Below are positions 20,532-32,339 of a stretch of 64,000 bases of DNA, piece after piece. Origin of the DNA: Halarcobacter sp. (GTDB taxonomy: Bacteria; Campylobacterota; Campylobacteria; Campylobacterales; Arcobacteraceae). Where the stretch lies: NCBI GenBank assembly GCA_048571215.1, contig CP182352.1, forward strand, positions 864,001 to 928,000, in the 5' to 3' direction. The notes beneath the pieces were generated by a model. That model searched no databases. It saw only the letters and a program-made list of their open reading frames with translations, and was not told the DNA's origin. Positions within the stretch are counted from its first letter, which is position 1. Every line of letters begins with the position of its first letter. Both the position numbers and the translations under genes were made by a program.

Positions 20532-21429
20532 TTATTTGTTTGTTTCATCTTCATCATTCATATTTAGATCATCATACGGATCCATATGAATATTTATAAC
20601 CCACTCTCTTTTAGAGTTTATTTTTTTTATATTATCTTCAATTCTATCACTAACTCTATGGGCTTCCATTAGTGTAATAATACAATCAAATACTAAATGA
20701 ACTTCAACAAAAGTTTGATGTCCAGCTTCTCTTGTCTTAAGCATATGGTAGGTATTTACTCTATTTTCATCTTTTATGATTTTTACAATTTTTTCAACTA
20801 CATTTTCATCTGCTGCTCTATCAAGAAGAACTAAAATACCCTCTTGAATGAGTTCATAAGCTGAATAGATAATAAATAATGATATACCACCCACCTACTA
20901 TTACATCAATAATCTCATAACCAGTAAAATTAATTAATACAAGAGATATTAAAACTGCAAGATTTGTGTAAACATCAGTTTTATAGTGAAGTGCATCAGC
21001 TTTAATTACCATATTATTAGTATTTCTAGCTACTTTATTTAAGTACAATACCAATGAAATAGTAATTACTAATGAGATAATCATAATTATAAGAGAAGTT
21101 CCTAAATAAGTGGAAACCTCTCCATTTATTGCTTTTTTAATTGCTTGATATAATAAAAAAAGTCCAGAAACTGAGATAATAGTTCCCTCAATAACAGAGG
21201 CTAAAGCTTCAATTTTACCTCTACCATAGTTAAAAGTTTTATCAGCAGGTTTTTCAGCATTGTTAATAGCAAAGTAGTTAAACACAGATACAAACATATC
21301 CAAAACTGAATCAATTGCCGAAGCTAAGACGGCAACTGATCCACTTGCAATTCCTACTACAAGTTTTAATACAGTAAGAAGTGCAGCTACACTACTTGAA
21401 ACTACGGTTGCTTTTTTTTGGGCAGTCAT
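20532..21429 (-). pseudogene. Cation diffusion facilitator (FieF-like), split by a 1-bp frameshift
   Basis: SAIDSVLD, YGRGKIE and ADALHYKTD in ORF 20854-21429; EAH and IHMDP in ORF 20532-20894. An extra G near 20891 separates them; could be a sequencing error. Confidence 0.8.
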
Positions 21430-21431
21430 AA

Positions 21432-22604
21432 TTAGTAGTTATTCTCTACAAATCTTTTTATTCTTCTGATTCCTTCTTCTATAGTTGTTAAATCAGTAGC
21501 AAAAGAAAATCTAAAATAACCTTCAGTTCCAAAAGCAAGACCAGGAACTACAGCGACTCCTTCTTTTTCCAAAAGATCAGCTGAGAACTTCATAGAATCC
21601 TCATCAACACCTTTTATGTTTACAAAAAGATAAAATGCCCCTTCAGGTTTTACACAAGTTATACCAGGGATTGCATTGAACTGTTCAATTGCTACATCTC
21701 TTCTTTTTTGAAATTCTATTCTCATTTTTTCTATATCATCATCTGCACTTCCATCTAGGGCAGTTACAGCAGCAGCTAGAGTAATTGAGTTGACATTTGA
21801 AGTTACTTGACCTTGAAGTTTAGTCATAGCTTTAACTAAATCTTTATGTGGTGTTGCTATATATCCATATCTCCACCCTGTCATTGCAACAGCTTTACTA
21901 ATTCCATTGATAGTAATAGTTCTTTTAAACATATCTTCACTAACTTGCGCAGCTGCTGTGAATTTTTTTCCATCATAGATTATTTTTTCGTACATTTCAT
22001 CAGAAAATACCAAAATATCAGTACCCTCTAAAACTTTTCCAATGGCAACTAATTCTTCTTCTGAATAAACAGCACCTGTTGGATTTGATGGTGTATTTAA
22101 TAATAAAATTTTTGTTTTTGGTGTAATCGCAGCTTTTAGTTGCTCCGCCGTAATTTTAAAACTAGTTGTATCATCAGTATCAATAAATACAGGAACACCA
22201 CCTGAATATTTCACTTGCTCAGGATATGTAACCCAGTAAGGTGCAGGAATAATAACTTCATCCCCATCTTCAAGTAAACATTGAGCTAGATTAAATAGTG
22301 AATGTTTTGCCCCATTTGATACAATGATTTCATCAAGGTTATAATCTAAGTTATGATCTCTTTTTAATTTATTAATAATTGCTTTCTTGGTTTCTATTGT
22401 ACCCTCTACTGCTGTATATTTCGTTTGACCGTCAATAATAGCTTTTATAGCAGCTTGTTTGATAACATCAGGTGTATCAAAATCAGGTTCACCAGCACTA
22501 AAACTTAGAACATCTTTTCCTTGTGCTTTAAGTTCTCTTGCTAATGCAGTAATAGCCATAGTCACAGATGGAGATAGATTTTCCATTCTACTTGCAATTT
22601 TCAT
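21432..22604 (-). CDS. Class I PLP-dependent (aspartate) aminotransferase
   Basis: AGEPDF, NTPSNPTG, SDEMY, SKAVAMTGWRYG and RFSFA. Confidence 0.93.
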   Translation of the reverse strand: MKIASRMENLSPSVTMAITALARELKAQGKDVLSFSAGEPDFDTPDVIKQAAIKAIIDGQTKYTAVEGTIETKKAIINKLKRDHNLDYNLDEIIVSNGAKHSLFNLAQCLLEDGDEVIIPAPYWVTYPEQVKYSGGVPVFIDTDDTTSFKITAEQLKAAITPKTKILLLNTPSNPTGAVYSEEELVAIGKVLEGTDILVFSDEMYEKIIYDGKKFTAAAQVSEDMFKRTITINGISKAVAMTGWRYGYIATPHKDLVKAMTKLQGQVTSNVNSITLAAAVTALDGSADDDIEKMRIEFQKRRDVAIEQFNAIPGITCVKPEGAFYLFVNIKGVDEDSMKFSADLLEKEGVAVVPGLAFGTEGYFRFSFATDLTTIEEGIRRIKRFVENNY

Positions 22605-22666
22605 TTTTGTCTAATCCTTTAGTAAATTTGGGTAGTATTATATCAAAAAAAACTTATAGAGTAGGC

Positions 22667-23257
22667 ATGAATTTTATAGAAGAAATATTTAATAAAAAAA
22701 TTGAAATAAAAGTGATAAAAAAAAGAACCACAAGACATACTTATTTAGGAGTTAAAAGTGAAAATTTGATAGAGATATCTACAAATATTTTTTTTACTAT
22801 TAATGACGCAAAAAAACTTATAGATAAAAAAAGAGATTGGTTAGAAAAAGCTTTAAAAAATTTTGAGAATAAAACTCTAGCTTCAAATGAGTATTATTAT
22901 TTGGGACAAAAATATGAAATGCAGCAGTTGCAAATAGATATTGATTTTTTTTATAAACAGAAAGCTAAAGAGATAATTCCTAAACTTGTAGATAAGTATT
23001 CCAAACTAATGGGTTTATATCCTACAAACTTAAAATATAGAAAAAATAAAAGAACATGGGGAAGCTGTAACTATAAAAATGGATTAAATTTTAATATTCT
23101 TTTGATGAAGTTTCCCCTTGAACTTGTTGAGTATGTTGTTATACATGAGTTGGCTCATATAAAATATAAAAATCATTCTAAAAGATTTTGGGCTCTAGTT
23201 GAAAAATATTGTAGTGATTATAAACAAAGGGAAAAACTTTTTAAGAGCTTTTTATAA
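22667..23257 (+). CDS. DUF45/YgjP-like M48-related metalloprotein
   Basis: TWGSC and YVVIHELAH..HSKRFW. Start moved to ATG 22667 to avoid overlap with the divergent gene. Confidence 0.85.
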   Translation: MNFIEEIFNKKIEIKVIKKRTTRHTYLGVKSENLIEISTNIFFTINDAKKLIDKKRDWLEKALKNFENKTLASNEYYYLGQKYEMQQLQIDIDFFYKQKAKEIIPKLVDKYSKLMGLYPTNLKYRKNKRTWGSCNYKNGLNFNILLMKFPLELVEYVVIHELAHIKYKNHSKRFWALVEKYCSDYKQREKLFKSFL

Positions 23258-23657
23258 TAGCTCTTATCTCTTCAAATCTTTTATGCAGTTTTTCATCACT
23301 TATAGGATTCTCAAATATCCCATAAGAACGCTCTTTATAAAAGCTTTCTTCAGTTTTAGACTCTTGTTTTTTTTCAATTTGATTTGTTACGAAAAATTTT
23401 AAATCTTCTATATTAGCAATGTTGGCTTTTTTTAATAGCGTATTTATTAAACTCTTGTTATACTCAAACTCCATTTTATAAACAGGGTGGGTTAATACAA
23501 AATATAGAGTTTGTCTCTTTACATAGGCAAATTTTATCCCTTTTTTTAACTTCAAAGGTAGAATTTCAATAAACCTTTGAATAGTTTCATGGGTATTAAT
23601 CTTCCTAAATTCAGGATAATTTTTAATATGAGAAAGTATTTCATTAATTTTTTTCAT
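23241..23657 (-). CDS. DUF721/DciA-like protein
   Basis: FAYVKRQTLYFVLTHPVYKMEF and FYKERSYGIFEN motifs of the Campylobacterota family (recalled). Confidence 0.6.
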   Translation of the reverse strand: MKKINEILSHIKNYPEFRKINTHETIQRFIEILPLKLKKGIKFAYVKRQTLYFVLTHPVYKMEFEYNKSLINTLLKKANIANIEDLKFFVTNQIEKKQESKTEESFYKERSYGIFENPISDEKLHKRFEEIRAIIKSS

Positions 23658-23753
23658 GCTTTTATTATAGCAGGAATTTTATTATCTTTTAGTGGGTGTG
23701 GCTATAAAGCAGCGCCAACTTATGTAGATTCTAGTAAAGAAGTATCAAAATAA
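23628..23753 (+). CDS. Small 41-aa lipoprotein (LptM/YifL-like CGxKxxP motif), absent from ORF track
   Basis: MRKYFINFFHAFIIAGILLSFSG-CGYKAAPTYVDSSKEVSK*. Has a lipobox; stop overlaps the nadB ATG (TAATG). Confidence 0.7.
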   Translation: MRKYFINFFHAFIIAGILLSFSGCGYKAAPTYVDSSKEVSK

Positions 23754-25207
23754 TGGTTTATGATTATGTAATTATTGGTTCAGGTGTTGCTGGACTAAAT
23801 GCTGCAAGGTTAATTCCAAAATCAAAAAAAGTTTTAATCTTATGTAAAAAAGAACCTTGGGAGTGTAATACCTTTTATGCCCAAGGTGGAGTTGCAACTG
23901 CTATTGATAGTAGTGATATTCCTGACCACATAAAAGATACTCTAACAGCAGGTGCCCAATACAATGACAAAGCAGCAGTACAACTTCTAAGTGAGAACTC
24001 ATTTTCTTGTATACATGATTTGATTGATAGTGGACTTCAATTTGATTTAAATGCAAAAGGTGAATTAGCATTTACAAAAGAAGCAGCCCATAGTAGAAGT
24101 AGAATTTTACATGCAGATGGAGATGCTACAGGAAGAATGTTACATCTTTTCTTATTGACTCAATGTAAACATCAAATAGTTACAAATGCAGTTGTAAATG
24201 ACTTATTGATAGAAAATAATATTTGTTATGGGGTTCAATACTATATAAGTGAAACAGAACAAAAAGTGGCATATGCTCATAATACTATTATTGCAAGTGG
24301 AGGAGTTGGTTCTATTTATAAATACCATACAAATTCAGTTACTGTTGCAGGAGAGATACAAGGTATTTGCTTTGAAAAAGGGTTTAAATTAAAAGATATG
24401 GAGATGATGCAATTTCATCCAACTGTATTTAAAGGAACCTCTTTTGCTAGAAAAGCTTTATTAAGTGAAGCTTTAAGAGGCGAGGGTGCTTATGTGGTTG
24501 ATGAAAATGGATATAGATTTTTATTTGATTATCACAAAGATGGAGAGTTAGCCCCAAGAGATGTAGTGAGTAGGTCTATTTTTGATTATAATAAAAAGAC
24601 AGGATTAGGAATTTTCTTATCTTTTGAAAGCTTTGAAAAAAGTGCTTTTAGAAAAAGATTTCCAAATATTTACTCAAACTTTAATGACTTAGGTTATGAT
24701 TTACCTTTTGAAAAAGTTCCTATTTCTCCTGCCTTCCATTATGCGATGGGGGGAATAGCAAGTTCATTAGATGCAAAAGTTTTAGGTATGAAAAATCTTT
24801 ATGTAATAGGTGAAGCTGCTTGTACTGGAGTGCATGGTGCAAATAGATTAGCCTCAAACTCTCTTTTAGAAGGGATTGTATTTTCTAAAATAGCAGTAGA
24901 TGATAGTATGAAAAATAATTTTAAAATAGATAAACAAAACTATACAAAAACAATAAATATCTATACAAGAAATAAAGAAATTGATAAATCTATCAAAGAT
25001 AGAGTAAGAAAACTTATGTGGGAAAATGCGGCAATTGTAAGGGAAAAAGATTCATTGCAAAGTGCTTTAGATGAGATTAAAGAGTTTTTAAAAGAAGATA
25101 TAGGTAGACTATTGTTTTTAAGATTGTTAACAGCACAATCTATATTAAAAGCTGCAATTGAAAGAAAAGACTCACTTGGAGCACACTTTATTAAGGAGAA
25201 ACAATGA
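23753..25207 (+). CDS. nadB: L-aspartate oxidase
   Basis: GSGVAG, YAQGGVA, EAAHSRSRILH, QFHPT, SEALRGEG and HGANRLASNSLLEG. Confidence 0.93.
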   Translation: MVYDYVIIGSGVAGLNAARLIPKSKKVLILCKKEPWECNTFYAQGGVATAIDSSDIPDHIKDTLTAGAQYNDKAAVQLLSENSFSCIHDLIDSGLQFDLNAKGELAFTKEAAHSRSRILHADGDATGRMLHLFLLTQCKHQIVTNAVVNDLLIENNICYGVQYYISETEQKVAYAHNTIIASGGVGSIYKYHTNSVTVAGEIQGICFEKGFKLKDMEMMQFHPTVFKGTSFARKALLSEALRGEGAYVVDENGYRFLFDYHKDGELAPRDVVSRSIFDYNKKTGLGIFLSFESFEKSAFRKRFPNIYSNFNDLGYDLPFEKVPISPAFHYAMGGIASSLDAKVLGMKNLYVIGEAACTGVHGANRLASNSLLEGIVFSKIAVDDSMKNNFKIDKQNYTKTINIYTRNKEIDKSIKDRVRKLMWENAAIVREKDSLQSALDEIKEFLKEDIGRLLFLRLLTAQSILKAAIERKDSLGAHFIKEKQ

Positions 25208-26586
25208 TAAAAGTCTTGATGACATTACTGTTATCATCAGTTGCGTTATTCGCAAGCGCAGGAGCAAGTACGGAAGCGATTCCAGATTTAACTATGACAT
25301 GGGTGGGATTTGCATGTCTATTTATTTTTGTAGTGGGATATTATTTCGTTGCTGCTGAAGAAAAGTATGAGATAGATAAGGCAAAACCAGCATTATTTAT
25401 TGGTACATTTATGTTTATATTAGTTGCATTATATTATGCATTAAACCATTTAAATATGGATTTGGTTCACACTCAAGCACAACATCTAATTTTAGAGATA
25501 GCTGAGATTTTCTTCTTCTTATTTGTTGCTATGACATATATTGAGTCTCTTATACATATGGGAGTGTTTGATAGATTAAAGTATAATCTTGTATCAAAAG
25601 GTTACACATATAGAAAACTTTATTGGGTAACAGGATTTATTGCATTTTTCCTATCACCAATTGCAGATAACTTAACAACTGCACTTATTCTTTCAACTGT
25701 ATTAATTACAATTGAAAAAACAAGAAAAGATTTCTTAGTTCCTGGTGCTATTAATATAGTAGTTGCTGCAAATGCAGGTGGGGCTTGGTCTCCATTTGGT
25801 GATATTACAACACTTATGGCATGGACAGCAGGAAAGGGTGTGTTTTCAGATTTCTTATATTTATTCCCATCAGCTATTTTAGGGTATTTAGTTACGGCAT
25901 TTTTACTTTCAAAAGTTGTTCCAAATACAATCCCTGATTTTGATGTAACAAAAGAGAAAAAACCAGAAATGGCTCAAGGTGCAAAGGCTGTAATGGCACT
26001 TGGTGTGTTTACAATCTTCTGTGCAGTTATGTCTCATCAAGTTTTACATCTACCAGCTATGTGGGGTATGATGTTTGGTTTATCTTTATTAAAAGTTTAT
26101 TCTTATGGTTTAAAGAAAAAATATGGAACTGATCATTTTAATATTTTTCATTCAATGGCAAAAATCGAAAATAATACACTAATGTTTTTCTTTGGTATTT
26201 TAGCAGCTGTAGGAGCATTGTATTTTATTGGATGGTTAGCATTTGCTTCTCATGTATACGATCCATCAGTTTTAGGTCCAACAGTAGCAAATATTGGGGT
26301 TGGATTTTTATCAGCAATCGTGGATAATGTTCCTGTTATGTCAGCTGTTCTTAAAGCAAACCCAGAAATGGGACTTGACCAATGGATGTTAGTTACTTTA
26401 ACAGCAGGAGTTGGTGGGTCACTAATCTCTTTTGGTAGTGCAGCTGGTGTTGGTGTTATGGGTAAACTTCATGGAATCTATACTTTTGGTTCACATATGA
26501 AATATTCATGGACTATTCTTTTAGGATATATTGTTTCTTGTTCTGTATGGTATTTTCAATATCATATTTTAGGGATTAGTCACTAA
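25204..26586 (+). CDS. nhaD: NhaD-type Na+/H+ antiporter
   Basis: ADNLTTAL, NAGGAWSPFGDITT, SAIVDNVP and GGSLISFGSAAG. Confidence 0.92.
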   Translation: MIKVLMTLLLSSVALFASAGASTEAIPDLTMTWVGFACLFIFVVGYYFVAAEEKYEIDKAKPALFIGTFMFILVALYYALNHLNMDLVHTQAQHLILEIAEIFFFLFVAMTYIESLIHMGVFDRLKYNLVSKGYTYRKLYWVTGFIAFFLSPIADNLTTALILSTVLITIEKTRKDFLVPGAINIVVAANAGGAWSPFGDITTLMAWTAGKGVFSDFLYLFPSAILGYLVTAFLLSKVVPNTIPDFDVTKEKKPEMAQGAKAVMALGVFTIFCAVMSHQVLHLPAMWGMMFGLSLLKVYSYGLKKKYGTDHFNIFHSMAKIENNTLMFFFGILAAVGALYFIGWLAFASHVYDPSVLGPTVANIGVGFLSAIVDNVPVMSAVLKANPEMGLDQWMLVTLTAGVGGSLISFGSAAGVGVMGKLHGIYTFGSHMKYSWTILLGYIVSCSVWYFQYHILGISH

Positions 26587-26593
26587 TTTAATT

Positions 26594-26625
26594 TAAATAA
26601 AGAAGAGCCTTTTCTTCTTTATTTA
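26594..26625 (+). terminator. Intrinsic terminator after nhaD
   Basis: TAAATAAAGAAGA-GCCTTT-TCTTCTTTATTTA hairpin. Confidence 0.65.
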
Positions 26626-26747
26626 TTACTATATAAACTCTTTTGTTAAAACTTTTAATAATATTTAACAATCTTCATATTATTTATTATTTTATTAATA
26701 AATTTATCTTATACTAATTATCAAATTCTATTATTTAAGGATTATGC

Positions 26748-29048
26748 ATGAAAAATCTGACAATTAAATCTAAACTTTTAATTATAGTCGTTACCACTAT
26801 ATTAGTAGTTTCAGCAATAATTGCAACAAAAGCAATATCGTCATTGTATCATTTAACTGATGAGTCGATAGAGTATTATACAAAGCAGGCTTATAAAAAT
26901 AAGGAAATAACTTTAAAAAATTATGTTTCTATGGCAACAAAAAGTGTGCAAAGTATTTATGATGATTACAAAAATGGTAAAATAACTGAACAAGAAGCTA
27001 AAAAAATCGCTATATCTACAGTTAAAAAATTAAGATTTGGAGAAGATGGTTACTTTTGGATAAATGACACTTCATCAAATATGTTAATGCATCCAATTTC
27101 AGAGAAACTAAATGGAACAAATGTCTCTGAACTAAAAGATACAAATGGAAAGAGGTTTTTTCAAGACTTAGTTGATAAGGTTAATAAAAATGGTAATGGA
27201 CTTATTGAATATTATTGGAACAAACCAGGATTTGATAAGCCACAACCTAAATATAGTTATGGAGAACTTTTTGAACCATGGAATTGGATTATTTGTACTG
27301 GAAGTTATTTAGATGATGTTGAAAAAAATATCAAAGTAATGGAAAATAGTGGACATTCTGATGTAAATGATGCCATTATATTTATGATGATAATAGTTGT
27401 AGGGGTTATTATTATAATCTCTTTAATTGTAATGTTTATTGCAAATAAAACTATAGTTCAACCTTTATCAAAATTAACAAGTACTGTTAAAGCCTTAACA
27501 AAATTTTCTAGTGCAGATCAAAAAATCAATATAACTTCAAAAGATGAGATTGGGGATTTGGCAAAATATTTTAATGAATATTTAGATTCAATTAGAAGGG
27601 TAGTTGCGCAAGATCAAAAAATAGTTGAAGAGAGTGAAAAAGCTATTGAGATGGTTAGGGCAGGTTTCTTCTCATATAAAGTTGAAAGTAGTTCAGATAA
27701 TAGATCAACAAATGATTTGAAAAATACTATAAATGCTTTAATTGAAGATTTAAGTGATAAGTTTGGTACTATAAGTAATGCCTTAACAGAGTATGGAAAA
27801 AGTAACTTTAATCATGATTTTGAAGTTAAAAATGTAAGTGGTACAATAGGTTCAATTGCTATTGGTACAAGATCAATTGGAGATAATGTATCTGAATTAT
27901 TAGCTACTATTTTAGTAAGTGGTGAGAGTTTAGCAAATACAATTGCTACTCTTACAACTTCAGCTAATTCACTTTCTAAGTCAGCAAATGAACAAGCTGC
28001 ATCATTAGAAGAAACAGCAGCTGCTGTTGAAGAGATAAATAGTAATATTCAAAACTCATCACAAAATATAAATAAGATGAAAACGATTGAAGATGGGGTA
28101 CTTGTCTCTGCTACAAAAGGTCAAGAACTTGCACATAAAACAGTAAGCTCAATGGATGAGATAAATGGACAAGTAAATGCTATTAATGAAGCTATTACAG
28201 TAATTGATCAAATTGCTTTCCAAACAAATATTCTTTCACTAAATGCAGCAGTAGAAGCAGCAACAGCAGGAGAAGCTGGTAAAGGGTTCGCAGTAGTTGC
28301 CCAAGAGGTTAGAAATCTAGCTTCAAGAAGTGCAGAGGCTGCAAAAGAGATTAAAGAATTAGTTGAAAATGCAACACTAAAAGCTAATGATGGTAAAAAA
28401 ATAGCTGATGATATGATAGTTGGTTATGATGAGTTGCAAAAAGCTATTAATGAAACAAAAGAGATAATAGATGATGTTGCAGGTGCAAGTAAGGAACAAG
28501 GTATTGGTATAGCACAGATTAATGATGCTATAAATGTCTTAGATAAAAATACCCAAGAAAATGCTAGTGATGCTACAAATATTGCAGAATTGTCAGCAGA
28601 AGTAAAAAGATTATCTGATGATCTAATCACTATTGCAAATAATGCAAAATTTAAATCAAAAGCTAGAGAACAAATATCAAATGTAAACTTAACAAATCAG
28701 TTAAATAATCTAAAACTACAACATGTAGTGTTTAAAGAGACTTCATTTAAGCTATTAAATGGTGATACTAAAGATAAAGTTGTTAAATCAGAAACTGAAT
28801 GTAATCTTGGTCATTGGATGATGGAAAGTGAAAAAGAGGGAAGATTTTTTACAAAAAGTTCTAATTGGGCTAAACTAAAAGATGCACATATAAAAGTACA
28901 TAAAGGTGTGCAAGAGTTTATTGATAAAGATAGTGAGCATGCAACAAATAAAGAACTAATTGATATAGGAAATAATATTGAAAGTTCAACAAAAATTGTT
29001 TTTGAGTGTTTAGACCAAATAAAAATTGATGCAAAACAGGAGGAATAA
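26748..29048 (+). CDS. Methyl-accepting chemotaxis protein (Cache, HAMP, MCP signal, C-terminal CZB)
   Basis: YFWIND..MHP, SKDEIG and [20 protein letters not shown]-like H..FK, ECNLGHW and H..VH at the C-terminus. Confidence 0.92.
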   Translation: MKNLTIKSKLLIIVVTTILVVSAIIATKAISSLYHLTDESIEYYTKQAYKNKEITLKNYVSMATKSVQSIYDDYKNGKITEQEAKKIAISTVKKLRFGEDGYFWINDTSSNMLMHPISEKLNGTNVSELKDTNGKRFFQDLVDKVNKNGNGLIEYYWNKPGFDKPQPKYSYGELFEPWNWIICTGSYLDDVEKNIKVMENSGHSDVNDAIIFMMIIVVGVIIIISLIVMFIANKTIVQPLSKLTSTVKALTKFSSADQKINITSKDEIGDLAKYFNEYLDSIRRVVAQDQKIVEESEKAIEMVRAGFFSYKVESSSDNRSTNDLKNTINALIEDLSDKFGTISNALTEYGKSNFNHDFEVKNVSGTIGSIAIGTRSIGDNVSELLATILVSGESLANTIATLTTSANSLSKSANEQAASLEETAAAVEEINSNIQNSSQNINKMKTIEDGVLVSATKGQELAHKTVSSMDEINGQVNAINEAITVIDQIAFQTNILSLNAAVEAATAGEAGKGFAVVAQEVRNLASRSAEAAKEIKELVENATLKANDGKKIADDMIVGYDELQKAINETKEIIDDVAGASKEQGIGIAQINDAINVLDKNTQENASDATNIAELSAEVKRLSDDLITIANNAKFKSKAREQISNVNLTNQLNNLKLQHVVFKETSFKLLNGDTKDKVVKSETECNLGHWMMESEKEGRFFTKSSNWAKLKDAHIKVHKGVQEFIDKDSEHATNKELIDIGNNIESSTKIVFECLDQIKIDAKQEE

Positions 29049-29050
29049 CA

Positions 29051-29416
29051 ATGTATAAAATTGCGATAGTTGATGATGAAGTATCTATTCTAGAGGTATT
29101 AAATAAGTTTTTAAATAGAAGAAGTGAGTTAGAAATTGATCTTTTTGAAAACCCAAGTACTGCTTTTAGTCAGTTAAGTAGTGGTAAATATGATTTGATT
29201 ATTTCAGATATTATGATGCCACAAATGGATGGTGTTGAACTTTTAAGAAAAATAAAACAATCAAACCCGAAACAAAAAGTTATTATGATGACTGCATACT
29301 CTACTGAAGATAGACTTATTGAGTGTGATGAGCTTGGTGCAAATGATTATATTACAAAACCATTTATCTCTTTAAGAGATGTTGAAAATAAAGTTTTAGA
29401 CAATCTTGGAGTATAA
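29051..29416 (+). CDS. Single-domain response regulator (receiver)
   Basis: IVDDE, SDIMMP.MDG, MMTA and YITKP. Confidence 0.92.
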   Translation: MYKIAIVDDEVSILEVLNKFLNRRSELEIDLFENPSTAFSQLSSGKYDLIISDIMMPQMDGVELLRKIKQSNPKQKVIMMTAYSTEDRLIECDELGANDYITKPFISLRDVENKVLDNLGV

Positions 29417-29442
29417 AAGCTAGAGTTATTCTAGCTTTTATA
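29412..29442 (+). terminator. Intrinsic terminator
   Basis: TATAAAAGCTAGA-GTTAT-TCTAGCTTTTATA. Confidence 0.7.
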
Positions 29443-29536
29443 TCTCTATTTTAGCTCACTTAACAAATCTAAAGACTTCTTAACACCTTTTTAGATAAAA
29501 TCACAAATTATTAGAACAATATAAGGAATCTACTTA

Positions 29537-31072
29537 ATGAAACATGTACCAATAGTTGTATTAGATTTTGGTAGTCAATATACACAAATTATTGCAAGAA
29601 AACTTAGAGAAGCAGGCGTTTATTCAGAAATCGTGCCTTTTAGCGAAAGAATTGAAGATATCTTAGCTAGAACACCTAAAGGGATTATTCTAAGTGGTGG
29701 ACCAGCTTCTGTATATGCTATAGATGCATATCATCCTGATGAAGAGATATTTAACTTAGGTCTTCCTATTTTAGGTATTTGTTACGGTATGCAACTTATT
29801 TCACAATTTTTTGGTGGAAGTGTAATACCAGCAGACCATCACGAGTATGGAAAAGCAAAACTTACTTTTTCTAAAGAGTGTGATATCTTTAGAGACACAA
29901 ATGATGGACAAACAGTTTGGATGAGTCATGGAGATAGAGTTGAAAATATCCCTGCTGGTTTTGAAGTAATTGGAACAAGTGAAAACTCACCATTTGCAGC
30001 AATTGCAAATGAAGCAGAAAAAATCTTTGCTTTTCAATTTCATCCAGAAGTTTACCATTCAGAATGTGGTTCAAAAATACTTAAAAACTTTGCAAAATAT
30101 GTTTGTGATTGTGAAAGTACATGGAATATGGGATCTTTTGCAAAAGAACAAATTAAAAAAGTTCAAGAGCAAGTTGGAGATAAAAAAGTTCTTTGTGGAG
30201 TATCTGGAGGAGTTGATTCTTCTGTAGTAGCAACTCTTTTAGCTGAAGCTATTGGTGATCAATTAATACCTGTATTTGTAGATAATGGACTATTAAGAGC
30301 AAATGAAAGAGAACAAGTAGAAGCTATGTTTAAAAGTAGGGGTGTAAACCTTATCACTGTAGATGCTAGTGAAACTTTTCTTTCGAGATTGGCTGGTGTA
30401 ACAGACCCTGAAAAGAAAAGAAAAGTTATCGGTGAAACATTTATTCAAGTGTTTGACGAAGAAGCAAAAAAACATGATGGAATAGAGTTTTTAGCACAAG
30501 GTACACTTTATACTGATGTTATTGAATCAGTATCAGTAAAAGGACCATCAAAAACAATCAAATCACATCACAATGTAGGTGGACTACCTGATTGGATGAC
30601 TTTTGAGTTAATTGAACCATTAAGAGAAATCTTCAAAGATGAAGTAAGATTACTAGGACTAGAACTTGGACTTCCAAAAGATATGATCGGACGTCATCCA
30701 TTCCCTGGACCTGGACTTGCTATTAGAGTTATGGGAGATGTAAATAAACCTGACTTAGAGTTACTGAGACGTGCAGATACTATTATGTTAGATGTTTTAC
30801 ATGCAACAGGACAATATGATAAAACATGGCAAGCCTTCACAGTACTACTAAATGTAAAATCAGTAGGTGTAATGGGTGATAACAGAACTTATGATAACAC
30901 TGTATGTGTAAGAATAGTAGAAGCAACAGATGGTATGACGGCAACTTTTGCACATATACCACATGATATTTTAGAAACAATAAGTAGAAGAATTATCAAC
31001 GAAGTTGATGGGATTAATAGGGTGGTTTATGATATCTCATCTAAGCCACCAGCAACAATAGAATGGGAATAA
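29537..31072 (+). CDS. guaA: GMP synthase (glutamine-hydrolysing)
   Basis: [35 protein letters not shown] and KPPATIEWE. Confidence 0.98.
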   Translation: MKHVPIVVLDFGSQYTQIIARKLREAGVYSEIVPFSERIEDILARTPKGIILSGGPASVYAIDAYHPDEEIFNLGLPILGICYGMQLISQFFGGSVIPADHHEYGKAKLTFSKECDIFRDTNDGQTVWMSHGDRVENIPAGFEVIGTSENSPFAAIANEAEKIFAFQFHPEVYHSECGSKILKNFAKYVCDCESTWNMGSFAKEQIKKVQEQVGDKKVLCGVSGGVDSSVVATLLAEAIGDQLIPVFVDNGLLRANEREQVEAMFKSRGVNLITVDASETFLSRLAGVTDPEKKRKVIGETFIQVFDEEAKKHDGIEFLAQGTLYTDVIESVSVKGPSKTIKSHHNVGGLPDWMTFELIEPLREIFKDEVRLLGLELGLPKDMIGRHPFPGPGLAIRVMGDVNKPDLELLRRADTIMLDVLHATGQYDKTWQAFTVLLNVKSVGVMGDNRTYDNTVCVRIVEATDGMTATFAHIPHDILETISRRIINEVDGINRVVYDISSKPPATIEWE

Positions 31073-31231
31073 AAGCGATAGCTTTTATTCATCTTGCACT
31101 AGATTTAGGTTCGAAGTACTTTTAGTACATCTTCACCTAAATCTAGCACAATCTAAACAAAATCTATCACTTTTAAAATTTTACTGCTTTATTCGAGGTT
31201 AGAACAATTTTCTAATGAAAGCTTTTCCTCG
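31067..31231. repeat. Cluster of three palindromes between guaA and intI (terminator plus REP-like hairpins)
   Basis: GAATAAAAGC/GCTTTTATTC (31067-31090); CTAGATTTAGGT/ACCTAAATCTAG (31099-31146); branched CGAGG...CCTCG (31194-31231). Confidence 0.65.
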
Positions 31232-31238
31232 TTTTATT

Positions 31239-32201
31239 TTAAAAATCCAATGGACTTTTTATCTCATTTTTATTTAACTCTTTTACCACATGTGTATATA
31301 TCATTGTTGGTTCTATTGATTTATGTCCTAAAAGTTCTTGAATACTTCGTATATCTGTGCCAATTTGCAAAAGATGAGTGGCATAAGAGTGTCTAAAAAT
31401 ATGAGAGGTTACTCTTTTATCTATATTGGATTTTTCAACTGCATTTTTTATATTTCTACTTAAAGTTACATCTAAAATATGATGTCGTCTTTGTTCACTA
31501 CTCCTTGGGTCTTTAGAAATTTTATTCATAGGAAAAACATACTGCCATGTAGTTTCAAATTTTGCCTTTGGAAATTTTCGCTCTAGTGCATAGGGGATAT
31601 ATACACTACCATACCCATCGTTTAAATCTCTTTGATGTAGCTCTTTTACTTTCTGCACTTGAATTTTAAGTTCTTCCTTTATTTTTAATGGAAGTGGCAA
31701 GGTTCTATCTTTTAAGGATTTACTATCCCAAATATAGATTTTATCGTATCCGAAATCAATGTCTTTTATGTGTATATTCTGAACCTCACTCATCCTCAAA
31801 CCACATCCATACATAAGTTTTACCATAAGTTGATATATACCTTTCATATTTAGAATGATATTTTTAACTTCCTCTATAGTAAGCACTATAGGAATATGTT
31901 TTCTCTCTTGAGCTCTTAATGCCTGTATGTTTTCATTTTTTAACGATATATTTAAAACCTGTTCATATAAAAATAATATTGCATTGAAAGCTTGATTCTG
32001 AGTAGTTGGACTGACATTTAGTTTTGTTGCAAGATGGGTAAGAAACTGTTCGATTTCTAATTTCCTCATATCTTTTGGATGTCGCTTATTATGGTAAAGT
32101 ATGTATCTCTTAGCCCAATGTACATAAGTCTTTTCTGTACTTATACTATAGTGTTTAAATCTAATTTTATCTTTCATAATATCCAATAATTTTTTACCCA
32201 T
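31239..32201 (-). CDS. intI: Integron integrase
   Basis: Catalytic [18 protein letters not shown] and LLGH...TMIYTHV. Integron-specific insertion [25 protein letters not shown] 32201 follows a GGAGG RBS. Confidence 0.96.
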   Translation of the reverse strand: MGKKLLDIMKDKIRFKHYSISTEKTYVHWAKRYILYHNKRHPKDMRKLEIEQFLTHLATKLNVSPTTQNQAFNAILFLYEQVLNISLKNENIQALRAQERKHIPIVLTIEEVKNIILNMKGIYQLMVKLMYGCGLRMSEVQNIHIKDIDFGYDKIYIWDSKSLKDRTLPLPLKIKEELKIQVQKVKELHQRDLNDGYGSVYIPYALERKFPKAKFETTWQYVFPMNKISKDPRSSEQRRHHILDVTLSRNIKNAVEKSNIDKRVTSHIFRHSYATHLLQIGTDIRSIQELLGHKSIEPTMIYTHVVKELNKNEIKSPLDF

Positions 32202-32339
32202 AATACACCTCCAAATAAATTTAACAAAATGCAGGTTTATCACGATATTGTAATAATATACATATATTATGTACTATTATCATCTAAATATCGATAATAA
32301 ATGAACATAAAAACTATATCAAAAACTTAAAATAAATTT

